Assembly (NCBI GenBank): GCA_963845535.1
Contig: CAWJSK010000012.1
Coordinates: 768,001 to 832,000 of the forward strand
Length of the DNA: 64,000 bases
Reading direction: 5' to 3'
DNA from: an uncultured Spirochaetota bacterium
GTDB taxonomy: Bacteria; Spirochaetota; Spirochaetia; SZUA-6; Fen-1364
The position numbers and the translations under genes were made by a program. Position 1 is the first letter of the stretch. Each line of letters begins with the position of its first letter. The notes under the pieces are model-generated. The model was not told the origin of the DNA. It worked only from the letters and a program-made list of their open reading frames with translations, and made no database searches. Positions 48,457-58,389 of this stretch are shown one piece after another.

Positions 48457-50228
48457 CAGACCAGTCCTCCCACCGCGGCGGCGCTCCTGGCAGCGTCGTC
48501 CCGGGATGCGATCTCCTCGATCTGCCAGCGCCCGCCCCCCGCGAGAACGAGCCTGACGTTGTGGAAAGCGAGCAGGCTCGAGCGATGGCCCACACTTACG
48601 ATGGCCGTTTGCGGGAGGTTTTCGATGAGGGCCCGATACAGCGCGCCTTCAGCAGGCTCGTCGATGGCGGAGGTGGCCTCGTCCATGAACACCCACGCGG
48701 GGCGTTGAAGAAAGATGCGGCCGAACGCCAGCCGCTGCTGCTCTCCCAGGGAAAGCACCTGCGCCCACATGCGGCTTTCGTTTCGAAGGGGAAAGATTTC
48801 CGGCAACCCGGCCCGCTCGAGCGCGGCAGCCAGCTCGGCGTCGGTGGTGGCCGGGCTGCCGAAGGGATACAGCAGAGCGTCGCGCAGCGTTCCCAGGGGC
48901 AGGTACGGTTTCTGCGGCATGAAGAGCACGCTTTGGCGGTCGGGAAGCTCGATAGTCCCTTTGCCAAATGGCCAGATCCCAGCCAGCGTGCGCATGAGCG
49001 TGCTCTTTCCGCTTCCGGAGGGCCCCATGACAAGAAGCCGCCCACCAGAAGAGAGCTCGAGGTCCAAGCCGCGGACAAGCTCACGGCCGTCCGGGAGACG
49101 GACATCCAGCCCGCGAAGCCTCACGCCGTCGCCCTGCTGGCGGAGGATGTTCGCATGGGTCTCCCGTATCGAGCTGATCTTGTCCATGGCCTGCTGGAAG
49201 AAGCGCAACCTGTCGACCACCGCGTGCCAGCTTGCGAGGTCGGTGTAGCTGTTCACAATGAAGGAGAGCGCGCCTTGCACCTGGCCGAACGCGCTGGAGA
49301 TCTGCATGATGGTGCCGATCTGGATCACTTTGGCGAAATACGCTGGCATGCTGACCAGGACAGGGAAGATCACCGCGGCCTGGCCGTAGCCGGAGACCCA
49401 CCAGTTCAGCCTTTTGGTCCTGCGCATGATCTGCCAGAAGTTTCGAAAAACGTTGGCAAATCTGGCCAGGAGGTGCTCGCGCTCCTGCGATTCGCCCCGG
49501 TACATGGCAATGGATTCGCTGTTTTCCCTGAGGCGCACAAGGCTGAAACGGAAATCCGCATTGAAACGCTCCTGGTTGAAGTTCAGGTGGATGAGGCGGC
49601 GTCCGACAACGGCTGTGAGGACTGTTCCGCAAACGGAATACAGGACGGCCGCCCACACGAGGTAGCCGGGAATTACGACCTTTGCGCCGTGCCAGGGGAT
49701 TGCCACCTGGGCGGAAAGCGTCCAGAGCATTGCCATGAACGCCACGATCGTCGTCACCGAGCTGATCAGCCCGATCACGAAGTTGAGGGTCTGGGAGGAG
49801 AAGGTGGCGAGGTCCTGGCTGATACGCTGGTCAGGGTTGTCCGTCCCGTCTCCGAGCACCTGCATCTGGTAGTACGTGCCGCGCGACAGCCATGCATCCA
49901 GATATCGTTTTGTCAGCCACTGCCGCCATCGGATCTGGAGCATCTGCATGAGGTAGGTCTGGTAGACCGCGGCTACGATGTACGGGACAACAAGAATGAA
50001 GAAGACCAGGAGCTGGTGCCACGCGTTGGGAGCGTCGTACTTCTGCAGCGCATTCCAGAATGTGTTGTACCATTCCGTGATCTTGTAGGAGATGAACACC
50101 ATGAGCAGGTTGAGGAGCACGATGGCCGCAAGGAGGACGCGCGCAAGCCAGCGCTCCTCTCCGCTCCACCAGTAGGGTTTGACGATTCCCCAGAGATCGC
50201 GGAAAAACGCCCCGTTGAACTGCTTCAT
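48456..50228 (-). CDS. ABC transporter permease/ATPase, YddA/BacA(ABCD)-like
   Basis: DNPDQRI, ADFRFSLVRLRENSESIA, GPSGSGKST, LSLGEQQR and DEATSA motifs. Confidence 0.92.
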   Translation of the reverse strand: MKQFNGAFFRDLWGIVKPYWWSGEERWLARVLLAAIVLLNLLMVFISYKITEWYNTFWNALQKYDAPNAWHQLLVFFILVVPYIVAAVYQTYLMQMLQIRWRQWLTKRYLDAWLSRGTYYQMQVLGDGTDNPDQRISQDLATFSSQTLNFVIGLISSVTTIVAFMAMLWTLSAQVAIPWHGAKVVIPGYLVWAAVLYSVCGTVLTAVVGRRLIHLNFNQERFNADFRFSLVRLRENSESIAMYRGESQEREHLLARFANVFRNFWQIMRRTKRLNWWVSGYGQAAVIFPVLVSMPAYFAKVIQIGTIMQISSAFGQVQGALSFIVNSYTDLASWHAVVDRLRFFQQAMDKISSIRETHANILRQQGDGVRLRGLDVRLPDGRELVRGLDLELSSGGRLLVMGPSGSGKSTLMRTLAGIWPFGKGTIELPDRQSVLFMPQKPYLPLGTLRDALLYPFGSPATTDAELAAALERAGLPEIFPLRNESRMWAQVLSLGEQQRLAFGRIFLQRPAWVFMDEATSAIDEPAEGALYRALIENLPQTAIVSVGHRSSLLAFHNVRLVLAGGGRWQIEEIASRDDAARSAAAVGGLV

Positions 50229-50336
50229 GACATGTCAAATATCGAAAGGAGCGGGCAGGGAAAGCAAATGACCCACGGGCGCTTGACTGTACGCGCGTTT
50301 CGTCCCGATCCTCTTGCGAGAATGTCGCGATATCCA

Positions 50337-53261
50337 ATGGCTGCGCTTCGGCGCGCCGTCCTTACTGCGGGCGCCATGCTCCTGACAGGCATTCCGCTCT
50401 GGTCCAGCCCCGCCGGGCCCCTGGAGCCTGATTTCAAGGGATGGCAACGCACGGAGACTGCCCATTTCGTGTTCGTGTTCGAGCCGCGGGACAGCCAGGC
50501 GGTGAGCCAACTGGTCTCTTTTGCCGAGGACGTCTACCAGGATGTGACGGGGTTTATCGGCGCGCGGCCCGAGCGCGTCTGGGTTGTCGTTGCGGGCCGC
50601 GTCGATCTGGCAAACGCCCTTACGTATCCGTTCCCTCCCCACATCACCCTCTACCTGGCTCCTCCATCCGAGCCCTTGGTAGGGCTGGAAGCCTCCTCGT
50701 ACCTTCGGCTCCTTCTTGCGCATGAGCTGACCCACTTCATCAATTTCGAGTACGACAAAGGGCTGTTCGCGTTTCTCTCAGTCGTCTTTGGACCCGCGGT
50801 CAAGGAGGCATGCGCTGCGTTCGTTCCTACGTGGTTCCTGGAAGGCATTGCCACGCACTCGGAGACACTTTTCACCGACGGCGGCCGCGGACGGAACCCC
50901 TTTTTCGAAATGGAGTACCGGGCGTTCGCCCTGTCGCACCGTTTCTTTCCTTTGAGCAAGGCGGCTTATAGCTCGTATTTTCCGCCCGCGGATCGGGATT
51001 GGATCGGCGGCTATCTCTTCTTTCGCTATCTATTCGACCATTACGGGAGCGATATCTACATCCGTATCCACGACGAGTACGTGAAGTTTCCTCTCCTCGG
51101 GCCATGGAAGGCAATCGAGCGGGCAACAGGGAAGCCGGCGGACCTCTTGTACGGAGAAATGGTGGCCGAGCTGGAAGATCACTACTCTTCGCAGAAATCC
51201 GCGGAAGAGGGAACCGAAGTCGTCCCCAAGGTCCTGGGGGACTACTACCTGCCCGTGGTCACCTCGCAGGGCTGGTACCTCTACCGCTCGACTCCGTATG
51301 CGGCGCCCGGGATCATGGCGTTCGATCCCGCGACCAAGCGCGAGCGGCTCCTCCTTTCAACGCCGCTTTCGGACAGCGCCTCACTGACCGCCACTGCGGA
51401 CGGAGCACGGATCGCGTTTTCCACGTACGAGGCCACACTCGGCAGCAGCGGCGAAATCGTGGCCTCAGACCTTTTCGAGATGGACCGAGGAACGGGGGCG
51501 GTTCGTCGGATCACCGAGGGCGGCCACGCGTGGCAACCGAGGCTTTCACCAGACGGTTCCCGGCTCCTTGCGGTTTCCGCAATCGGCCCTTGCTCGCGGC
51601 TCGTGGAGGTGGATCAGCGCAGCGGCTCCCTCCGCCTTCTTTTTTCGATGAAGGACGCTATCGTTTCAACGCCGTCCATCTCTCCCGACGGCTCGCTCGT
51701 AGCATTCGCGGTTTCCCTGCATCATGCATGGAGCATTCGCGTCCTCCCCCTCTTGACCCGTGAAGTCCCCCTCGAGCCATCCGCGCCCGTAACGGACTAC
51801 AACGTGGACGAAGCGCGGATTGTCTTCGGTCCCACAACGGCGGGCGCCTACTACCCCCGGTTCACGGATTCAGGTGACCTTCTTTTTTCCTCGGATATGG
51901 ACGGGTCCCTTGCTCTTTATCAGACAGATGTGGAAGGCACCCGCCTCACTCGCGTCTGCGAAGACCCCGTTGGCGCATGGGCAGGAGAGCTCGTGGGAGG
52001 CAGGGTTTTGTACGCGACATACAGGACCGACGGGTACACGCTCAGGGTCAAGGACATTCAGCCGGAGCCCAGGGAGTTTCCTGAGATCTTCCCGGCGCAG
52101 CCTGCAAACGATGAGGGGGCGGGAGCGCTTCCGCGGACTCCTTACGTCGACCTTCCGCGGTTCCTGGCCTGGGCGCCGTTGCCCATCTATTACAGCACGA
52201 TAGCTACCGGGGAGCTTGTTGTCGCCCCGGGAGCCGCCATCTGGGGAATCTCCAACCTGGGCACCAGCTCCTATGCGGCATCTGTCTCATTCAGGACTGA
52301 CGCGCTCCAGCCTGCTGTTGAGCTGCGCTTGCAAACCGCGGCCGGCACGGTCGGCATGGGCTACTCGCTCTCCGAGGGCTACACCAACCTTTCTGCAACT
52401 GACCACGAGCAGGAGCTCGACCAGCAGGTGTCGTTATCGTTCCCGCTTGTCTCTTCCACGAAGCTCGGCAATGCCACGGCACTCTCTCTTTTCACGTCCG
52501 CAACTGACACCCTCAGGGCGGAAGGACCGAACGTTTTTTCCCTCATGGACGGGTTGGGCGCCGGCTCGGGTTCCGCGAGCCTGAGCTATTCCCATGACAT
52601 CGACGCCACCGTGGGCGTGGGTTACAGGCGAAGCTCCATCGACAGCCCGATGGATCTCTTCACCCTTTCCCAGACGCTGGCTTCCCTGGGCGTTTCCCTG
52701 TACCCGCCGGTACTCTCCGCTTCCGGCCCCGGCATGGCGGCAACCGGTCTTTTTTCTATTTCGATTCCCTCCCCGTTTGCGCACCAGGTGCTCCAGATTG
52801 GGCTGAAGACGAGCTATGTCAGTCTTAACGAGACCTTTTACCAGATAACCAATCCTCGCGGCGCCTTCGATTCTGTGGTCCAGACCATGCCCGGAAGGGC
52901 GCTCCTCTCCCTGGACTATCTCATTCCCATTGCGCTGCTCGATGCGCCGCTGGCGTACAGTCTCGGCCTGGTGGGGGTGGGCTGTGGCTTTCACCTTGAA
53001 GCGGCCGTGGACTGGTCCACGGTCCCCGCCGCGGTGGTTGCGGACCGTGATATCTACACGGGCTTTGAGCTGGTGTTCGATGTTGCCGCCGGCGAGCAAA
53101 CCTTTCCCGTGGGCCTCGGCCTCACCTTCCGCTTCGATCCGAGCTTCGCGACGCCTCCCAACTGGGGGACGGACCTTCGGCCGTACGTCTTCATCTCGAA
53201 TGACAGCTTTGCGGGCACCGTGTTCGGGGCGCGCGTCAAGCGCGCTGCTTTGGGGAATTGA
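50337..53261 (+). CDS. Large exported protein: MA-clan peptidase-like domain, TolB/PD40 propeller and probable C-terminal beta-barrel
   Basis: Signal peptide; ETAHF, HELTH...WFLEG; PRLSPDG and PSISPDG repeats; beta-strand-rich C-terminus. The first ~640 aa of the track ORF are antisense to the ABC gene. Confidence 0.75.
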   Translation: MAALRRAVLTAGAMLLTGIPLWSSPAGPLEPDFKGWQRTETAHFVFVFEPRDSQAVSQLVSFAEDVYQDVTGFIGARPERVWVVVAGRVDLANALTYPFPPHITLYLAPPSEPLVGLEASSYLRLLLAHELTHFINFEYDKGLFAFLSVVFGPAVKEACAAFVPTWFLEGIATHSETLFTDGGRGRNPFFEMEYRAFALSHRFFPLSKAAYSSYFPPADRDWIGGYLFFRYLFDHYGSDIYIRIHDEYVKFPLLGPWKAIERATGKPADLLYGEMVAELEDHYSSQKSAEEGTEVVPKVLGDYYLPVVTSQGWYLYRSTPYAAPGIMAFDPATKRERLLLSTPLSDSASLTATADGARIAFSTYEATLGSSGEIVASDLFEMDRGTGAVRRITEGGHAWQPRLSPDGSRLLAVSAIGPCSRLVEVDQRSGSLRLLFSMKDAIVSTPSISPDGSLVAFAVSLHHAWSIRVLPLLTREVPLEPSAPVTDYNVDEARIVFGPTTAGAYYPRFTDSGDLLFSSDMDGSLALYQTDVEGTRLTRVCEDPVGAWAGELVGGRVLYATYRTDGYTLRVKDIQPEPREFPEIFPAQPANDEGAGALPRTPYVDLPRFLAWAPLPIYYSTIATGELVVAPGAAIWGISNLGTSSYAASVSFRTDALQPAVELRLQTAAGTVGMGYSLSEGYTNLSATDHEQELDQQVSLSFPLVSSTKLGNATALSLFTSATDTLRAEGPNVFSLMDGLGAGSGSASLSYSHDIDATVGVGYRRSSIDSPMDLFTLSQTLASLGVSLYPPVLSASGPGMAATGLFSISIPSPFAHQVLQIGLKTSYVSLNETFYQITNPRGAFDSVVQTMPGRALLSLDYLIPIALLDAPLAYSLGLVGVGCGFHLEAAVDWSTVPAAVVADRDIYTGFELVFDVAAGEQTFPVGLGLTFRFDPSFATPPNWGTDLRPYVFISNDSFAGTVFGARVKRAALGN

Positions 53262-53321
53262 AGCGGTGCGCCGGAGTTGACCGCGCGTTGCGCAGGAAGC
53301 ATGTTTGAGGCAGGAGTACGG

Positions 53322-54131
53322 ATGTCGAACAGAGCTCGAAAGTACCTCGTCGGTCTCTTCCTGATTGCTGCCATCTCCTTGCCCGCGGCGGCAGATAGCC
53401 CGGCTGCTCCCGTGCAGTCGCAGGAGGTCGGCTTCTACGAAAACCCCGGCGGCATGGTGCCACTGGATACGACTTTCCACGACGAAAACGGAGCCCTGAT
53501 TTCACTCCGGAAAATCATCCACGTCCCGACCATTCTTGCTCTCGTCTACTACCGGTGCCCGAATGTCTGTGATGCGCTTCTTACCGGAGTAGCGGGATCT
53601 CTGAAAACCCTGGACGCCGCGCCAGGGACGGACTACCAGGCGGTTACAATCAGCATCGATCCCACGGAGACCCGCGTGGATGCCAGGAAGGCAAAGAGGA
53701 TCTCCCTGGAATCCATCGAAAAGCCCTTCCCTCCCTCCGCGTGGCGCTTTCTCACGGGGGATCCCGCAAGCATCGCCCAGGTTGCTCAGGCAACCGGTTT
53801 CCGCTACAGGAAGGAGGGCCTCGGTTTCGATCACCCGGTTGGGATCATCATCCTGTCCGCGCAGGGGAAGATCATCCGCTACATGTACGGCGCGGATTTT
53901 CTGCCCGCGGACCTGAGGCTTTCGTTGCTGGAGGCATCTTCGGGCAGGGTCGGGCCGACCATCGCCAGGGTGCTTCGGGTCTGTTTCGCCATCGACCCCA
54001 AGAGCCATGCGCTTGTCTTCAATCTCCTCAGGATCGTGGGAACGGCGACTCTTTTGGCGGCGGCGCTCCTGATCGGCTACATTATTTTCGCCACCATGAA
54101 ACGAAAGCGGGCCGGCCATCACGCCACATGA
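53322..54131 (+). CDS. SCO family protein with C-terminal TM helix
   Basis: YYRCPNVC (CxxxC), ISIDP and FDHP motifs; signal peptide. Confidence 0.9.
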   Translation: MSNRARKYLVGLFLIAAISLPAAADSPAAPVQSQEVGFYENPGGMVPLDTTFHDENGALISLRKIIHVPTILALVYYRCPNVCDALLTGVAGSLKTLDAAPGTDYQAVTISIDPTETRVDARKAKRISLESIEKPFPPSAWRFLTGDPASIAQVAQATGFRYRKEGLGFDHPVGIIILSAQGKIIRYMYGADFLPADLRLSLLEASSGRVGPTIARVLRVCFAIDPKSHALVFNLLRIVGTATLLAAALLIGYIIFATMKRKRAGHHAT

Positions 54132-54144
54132 CGGGGGCTTTTCC

Positions 54145-54867
54145 ATGAAGGCGCTCAGAAACCTCGCGGTGCTTGCACCGCTTGCCATGCTTGCGGCGGC
54201 GCCGCTCCAAGCTTCGCCTCCTGCAACACTGAACGGCAACGTATTCTCCCAGCCATGGGCAGCGGCGGACTTCACGCTCACGGATCAGCACGGTGCGCCG
54301 TTCCACATGGCTGATACGAAGGGAAAAGTCGTTGTCATGACGTATATCTACACGCACTGCACGGACTTCTGCCCTTTCGTGGCCTTGAAACTGAAAGAGG
54401 CTGGAAAGCTCCTGGGCCCGGACGCGGGCAAGTTCGTCCTTGTCGCTGTAACCACGGACCCTGAGCGGGATACCCCGAACGTATGCGCCGCGTACAGCAA
54501 GGCAATTGGAATGTCGGATTCGTGGAGCTTCGTGACCGGTCCGGCCCTCAGCGTCCGAGGCGTCTGGAAGAACTACTATATCGGGGTGGAAAGAGAACCG
54601 GAGCAACCCGTTGCTGCCGCCAAACCGCTCAGCCCTCAGGAGGAGAAGGCGGCGCAAGAAGAGGCCGCCGGAGTTGCCCGCGGACTGGGTAGCCAGGACA
54701 GGGCGCTCGTGGGAAAGATCATAGATGCCTTCGGCGGCGGTTACGACGTCTCCCACGACATTCCCTTCTGGATAGTCGACAAGCACGGGATGATGCGCGT
54801 GAACCTGGACGCGGACGCGACCCCCGCGGAAATTGCTTCCGACGTGAAGGCGCTCATCGCCGAGTGA
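54145..54867 (+). CDS. SCO family protein
   Basis: DFTLTDQHG, YTHCTDFCP, VTTDPERD and YDVSH motifs. Confidence 0.9.
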   Translation: MKALRNLAVLAPLAMLAAAPLQASPPATLNGNVFSQPWAAADFTLTDQHGAPFHMADTKGKVVVMTYIYTHCTDFCPFVALKLKEAGKLLGPDAGKFVLVAVTTDPERDTPNVCAAYSKAIGMSDSWSFVTGPALSVRGVWKNYYIGVEREPEQPVAAAKPLSPQEEKAAQEEAAGVARGLGSQDRALVGKIIDAFGGGYDVSHDIPFWIVDKHGMMRVNLDADATPAEIASDVKALIAE

Positions 54868-55631
54868 CTACCAGCGCGGTCCAACGGAAAACCATCCGCG
54901 CGGAGGTGCTCCTTGTGCTCGGCGTCTCCCTGGGGTACAGCGCGGTCTACGCGCTCGTCGACCTCATCGGGAAGCTGACCGCGCACAAGGCGCTTTCCGC
55001 GCAGACCACGACTCTGAACCCCTCGGAAGCCTCCGGTCATCCGTACCTCGACCTTGCGCTCCAACTGGTGGGGATTCTCTTCGGCGTCGTGCCGGCTCTT
55101 TTGGCGCTGCACCTGATGAGGCGAGAGGGACAAGCGGATCAGATGGGTTTCCAGACTCGTCGCATCGGCTTCGACGCCGGCTGGGGAGCCGGGTTGGCAG
55201 CCGCCATCGGCATACCGGGGTTGGCGCTGTACCTTGCCTCCCGCGCCATCGGCATCAACACGACAGTGGTCCCGGAGGCGCTCCCCCTCCTCTGGTGGAC
55301 CGTGCCGGTGCTTCTGCTTTCAGCGGCGCAGAACGCGTTCCTGGAAGAAGTTGTCGATGTTGGGTACCTGACGACCCGCCTCGGGGAGCTCTCGTGGAGC
55401 CTTCCCGCCGTGGTCGGAGCGAGCGCGCTCCTCCGAGGCTCGTACCACCTGTACCAGGGCTTCGGCGGCTTCATCGGAAACACCATCATGGGGGCGGCCT
55501 TCGCGCTGTTTTTCGTCCGCTTCAAGCGCGTGAGCCCGCTCATCATTGCCCACACGGTCCTGGACTCCGTGGCCTTTGTTGGCTACGCCCTCCTGCGCGG
55601 TCACCTCACTGTTCTTGGCATTTCCTTTTGA
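54864..55631 (+). CDS. CPBP/Abi family intramembrane metalloprotease
   Basis: NAFLEEV, LRGSYHLYQG and PLIIAHTVLD motifs. Confidence 0.88.
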   Translation: MTTSAVQRKTIRAEVLLVLGVSLGYSAVYALVDLIGKLTAHKALSAQTTTLNPSEASGHPYLDLALQLVGILFGVVPALLALHLMRREGQADQMGFQTRRIGFDAGWGAGLAAAIGIPGLALYLASRAIGINTTVVPEALPLLWWTVPVLLLSAAQNAFLEEVVDVGYLTTRLGELSWSLPAVVGASALLRGSYHLYQGFGGFIGNTIMGAAFALFFVRFKRVSPLIIAHTVLDSVAFVGYALLRGHLTVLGISF

Positions 55632-56641
55632 AGCGCTCCCAGCATCTTCTGGTTCCCCTTGGCGTAGTCGACCGCGGTCTTGCCGAAGCTGTCGCGCGCG
55701 GATAAATCCGCGCCGGCGGCAAGCAAGGCGGAGACGATTTCGGGATTGTCGTTGAAACGCGCGGCCAGCATCAACGGCGTCGAACCGGAAGCAGTTCTTT
55801 CGTTGACGCTTCCTCCCGCTTTCAGAAGGATTGAGACGATTTCAGGGTCGCGGGCGTTGACCGCGGCGAACATGAGCGGAGTCCAGCCATCGGCTGTTCG
55901 GTCTTCAACTCTGGCCCCATCCCTCAGCAGAGCTGAAACTACCGACGGGTTTTTTGTATTGACGATCGCGAACGTCAGAGGCGTCCAGCCGTCAGGGGTC
56001 GTGTCGTCGGTCCTTGCTCCGCCCGCCACGAGGGCCGAGACGATTGCCGGCTCAGGGTTGTTTTCTGCCGCCCACATCAGAGGCGTGTACCCGTCGGCAT
56101 CCCTGTCCTCAATTCCTGCCCCCGCGCGCAGAAGCACCGAGATGACCTGGGGGTTCGCGTTGTTTCTGGCGCACAGCATGAGGGCAGTCACGCCCACGTG
56201 TGTCCGGTCATCGATCTTTGCTCCGACTGCAAGGACGGCCGAGATGACGGCGGGATTGGAATTGTACTCCGCCGCCCACATCAGGACCGTCCCGCCCTCA
56301 TAGTCCCTGTCATCTATTCGAGCCCCGGCCTTCACCAGCAGTGAAACGACCGCCGGGTCGTGGTTGAACGCGGCGGCGAGCATCAACGGCGTCAGGCCTT
56401 CGGTGTCGATCTGGTATTGATGCGCTGCCTCGGCATGAATGGGCGCAACTTTCCAGAAAGGAAAATCCGTAACCTCGACGTCGGCGCCCTGTGCGATCGC
56501 CTCTTGTACTTGCTGGACGGTTCCGGTCCTTACCAGCTCGGAAAAGTCCTGGGCCACAGCGGCGGCAGCGGGGGAAAGGAATGCAGCCGGAATCAACAAG
56601 AGCTTTGCCATGTACCATGAAACCGCCCGCGCGGAGCTCAT
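55601..56641 (-). CDS. Exported ankyrin repeat protein
   Basis: Signal peptide; about 7 repeats of TPLMxAAxxNxxPxxVSxLLxAGA. Confidence 0.92.
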   Translation of the reverse strand: MSSARAVSWYMAKLLLIPAAFLSPAAAAVAQDFSELVRTGTVQQVQEAIAQGADVEVTDFPFWKVAPIHAEAAHQYQIDTEGLTPLMLAAAFNHDPAVVSLLVKAGARIDDRDYEGGTVLMWAAEYNSNPAVISAVLAVGAKIDDRTHVGVTALMLCARNNANPQVISVLLRAGAGIEDRDADGYTPLMWAAENNPEPAIVSALVAGGARTDDTTPDGWTPLTFAIVNTKNPSVVSALLRDGARVEDRTADGWTPLMFAAVNARDPEIVSILLKAGGSVNERTASGSTPLMLAARFNDNPEIVSALLAAGADLSARDSFGKTAVDYAKGNQKMLGALQKEMPRTVR

Positions 56642-56642
56642 C

Positions 56643-57401
56643 CTACTCTGCCGGCTTCGACGCCTTTTGGAGTTGCCGATAAGCGCTGGTCCCTTTCAGC
56701 TTCTCGTTGGACATCGCATAATCAAGAGCCGTCTTCCCAAACTTGTCTCTTGCCTTCGCATCCGCGCCGGCTTTCAGGAGCTCGACGAGAACGTCGGGAT
56801 TCTTGCTGTATCTCGCCGCGAGCAAAAGCGGGGTCTCATCAATGTGGTCTTGAGCATTGGGGTCCGCGCCGGCTCTCAGGAGCGTGGAAACAATCCGGGA
56901 GCTTGGGTTGTACCAGGCGGCGACCGAAAGCGGCGTGTCGCCGTCAATGTCCTTGTCCTCCACGTCCGCGCCGGCGTTGAGAAGCGTGGTGATCACTCCA
57001 GGATCCTGATTGTAGACCGCGGCCCACATCAGCGCGGTCATGGATAGTGTATCCCAAGCCTTCACGTCCGCGCCGGCTTTCAAGAGCATGGTGATCACTG
57101 TGGGACTCTGTCGTCCGGCGGCGTACATCAGGGCGGTATAGCCATCCTTCGTCTGAGCCCTCGCGTCTGCGCCGCCCCGCAGGAGCGTGGAGATCACCTC
57201 GGGGTTCAGGTTGTACCAGGCGGCTTCCATCAACGGTGTCCAATCGTCGTCGCCCCGAGCGTTCACGTCAGCACCTTTCCTGATGGCGGCTTGTACCTGC
57301 TGTGGCGTGCCCTTGCTCACAAGCTGGAAGAAGGATGTCGTCTGTGCGTTGACCGAGCCCCCTGCGGTTGCGATGAGGACGAAGACAAGCAGCTTTTTCA
57401 T
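56643..57401 (-). CDS. Exported ankyrin repeat protein
   Basis: Signal peptide MKKLLVFVLIATAGGSVNA; about 5 ankyrin repeats; ends GKTALDYA. Confidence 0.92.
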   Translation of the reverse strand: MKKLLVFVLIATAGGSVNAQTTSFFQLVSKGTPQQVQAAIRKGADVNARGDDDWTPLMEAAWYNLNPEVISTLLRGGADARAQTKDGYTALMYAAGRQSPTVITMLLKAGADVKAWDTLSMTALMWAAVYNQDPGVITTLLNAGADVEDKDIDGDTPLSVAAWYNPSSRIVSTLLRAGADPNAQDHIDETPLLLAARYSKNPDVLVELLKAGADAKARDKFGKTALDYAMSNEKLKGTSAYRQLQKASKPAE

Positions 57402-57476
57402 TCCCGCCCCTCAGTTTATCATACATGGCGCCTTTCACGAACACTCGCCGAAGTTTGTCGCAGGATACTGCGAAGA

Positions 57477-57515
57477 TTGACAAAAAGAACCTCTTCAAAT
57501 ATACATTTAGTATAT
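57477..57515 (+). promoter_or_regulatory. Toxin-antitoxin promoter with palindromic operator
   Basis: TTGACA at 57477; ATATAC-attta-GTATAT (57499-57515) covers the -10 region and start codon; no SD. Confidence 0.6.
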
Positions 57516-57744
57516 GAAGACCATCACGGTGAAAGAGCTGAAAGCCAATTGGGCTCAGATCGAGGCACAGGTGAAGGCCGGGGAGACCTTCGAAGTGCTG
57601 AATCGCGGCAGGGTCGCAGCTCATGTCGTTCCAGCAACTCCGCGGAAGGTCCTTCGGTGGCCAGACCACCTCAACACGGCCCACAAGAACATGGGTCGAA
57701 AAGGCTCTGACATCGTCCTGGAACAGCGGGATCGAAAGGCATGA
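57514..57744 (+). CDS. Phd/YefM-type antitoxin
   Basis: MKTITVKELKAN...VKAGETFEVLNRGRVAAHVVP; ATGA overlap with the PIN gene. Confidence 0.85.
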   Translation: MKTITVKELKANWAQIEAQVKAGETFEVLNRGRVAAHVVPATPRKVLRWPDHLNTAHKNMGRKGSDIVLEQRDRKA

Positions 57745-58175
57745 TCTATCTCGATACCAGCGCGTTCATCAAGCTCTACCTCTATGAGCAAGGCTCCGCT
57801 GAAGTGCATAGCATCGTAACGACGCAAGAAGATCCCCTGCCTGTGACACATCTGACCGAGATCGAGTTCACGAATGCTCTCAGGTTCAAGATATTCATTT
57901 CGGAAATGACTCCGAGAGACGTGGACCGCCTCATTTCGCTCTTTCGTGACCGAAAGCGGAGTGGACAATATTTCGTCCCGCCTGTTGATCCTGTGGCCTT
58001 GTACGAGCTTTCTCTCCAGATGACCGAGAAAACACCCGCCATCGGTTGTCGGGCCCTTGATATCCTGCATGTGGCGAGTGCAAGGCTGTGCGAGGCGTCG
58101 TCATTTGTCACGGCAGACCAGCGTCAGGCGGATCTCGCCGAAGCAGAAGGTTGGACTGTCAAGTTCATCTCCTAG
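57741..58175 (+). CDS. vapC: VapC/PIN domain toxin
   Basis: IYLDTSAFIK, E, RALDILHVASA and FVTADQRQ motifs. Confidence 0.9.
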   Translation: MIYLDTSAFIKLYLYEQGSAEVHSIVTTQEDPLPVTHLTEIEFTNALRFKIFISEMTPRDVDRLISLFRDRKRSGQYFVPPVDPVALYELSLQMTEKTPAIGCRALDILHVASARLCEASSFVTADQRQADLAEAEGWTVKFIS

Positions 58176-58194
58176 ATGCGTCGTCGCCCACGCG

Positions 58195-58389
58195 GCTCAC
58201 GAAGGCCGTAGTCGGCCGGAATCGAACGCGTGAGCGGGCGTAGCGGAAAGCCCGTAGGGCGCCGAACAAAAGGAACGCGTTCGGCCAGGGAGTGAGGGCA
58301 CCGCTCCAATTCGGCCGTTCGCCGAGGACTTGCAGCGGAGCACGCCCAAAAGTCTGGAAGTTTCGCGGAGCGGAGCGTCTCGGTACCGA
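58195..58389. other. Hairpin-dense non-coding element between vapC and the HNH gene
   Basis: Stems GCTCACG/CGTGAGC, GGCCG/CGGCC, GCCC-GTA-GGGC, GCCGAAC/GTTCGGC, TCGGC/GCCGA and GACTT/AAGTC; four GCGNAGC motifs. Confidence 0.5.

Noticed and set aside
50228..50237. TGACATGTCA palindrome at the ABC transporter start
   Set aside because: Only 10 bp and a single copy; could be chance.
48408..50336. 1617-aa giant ORF in the track
   Set aside because: The N-terminal ~640 aa are the antisense shadow of the ABC transporter; the real gene starts near 50337 with a signal peptide.
55601..57401. Periodic DNA similarity suggesting a CRISPR or repeat array
   Set aside because: Explained by degenerate ankyrin coding repeats; there are no identical repeats with unique spacers.
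58261..58323. Possible integron attC site (GCCGAAC...GTTCGGC)
   Set aside because: The paired cores are only 25 bp apart, there are no L boxes with an extrahelical base, and there is no cassette array or integrase.
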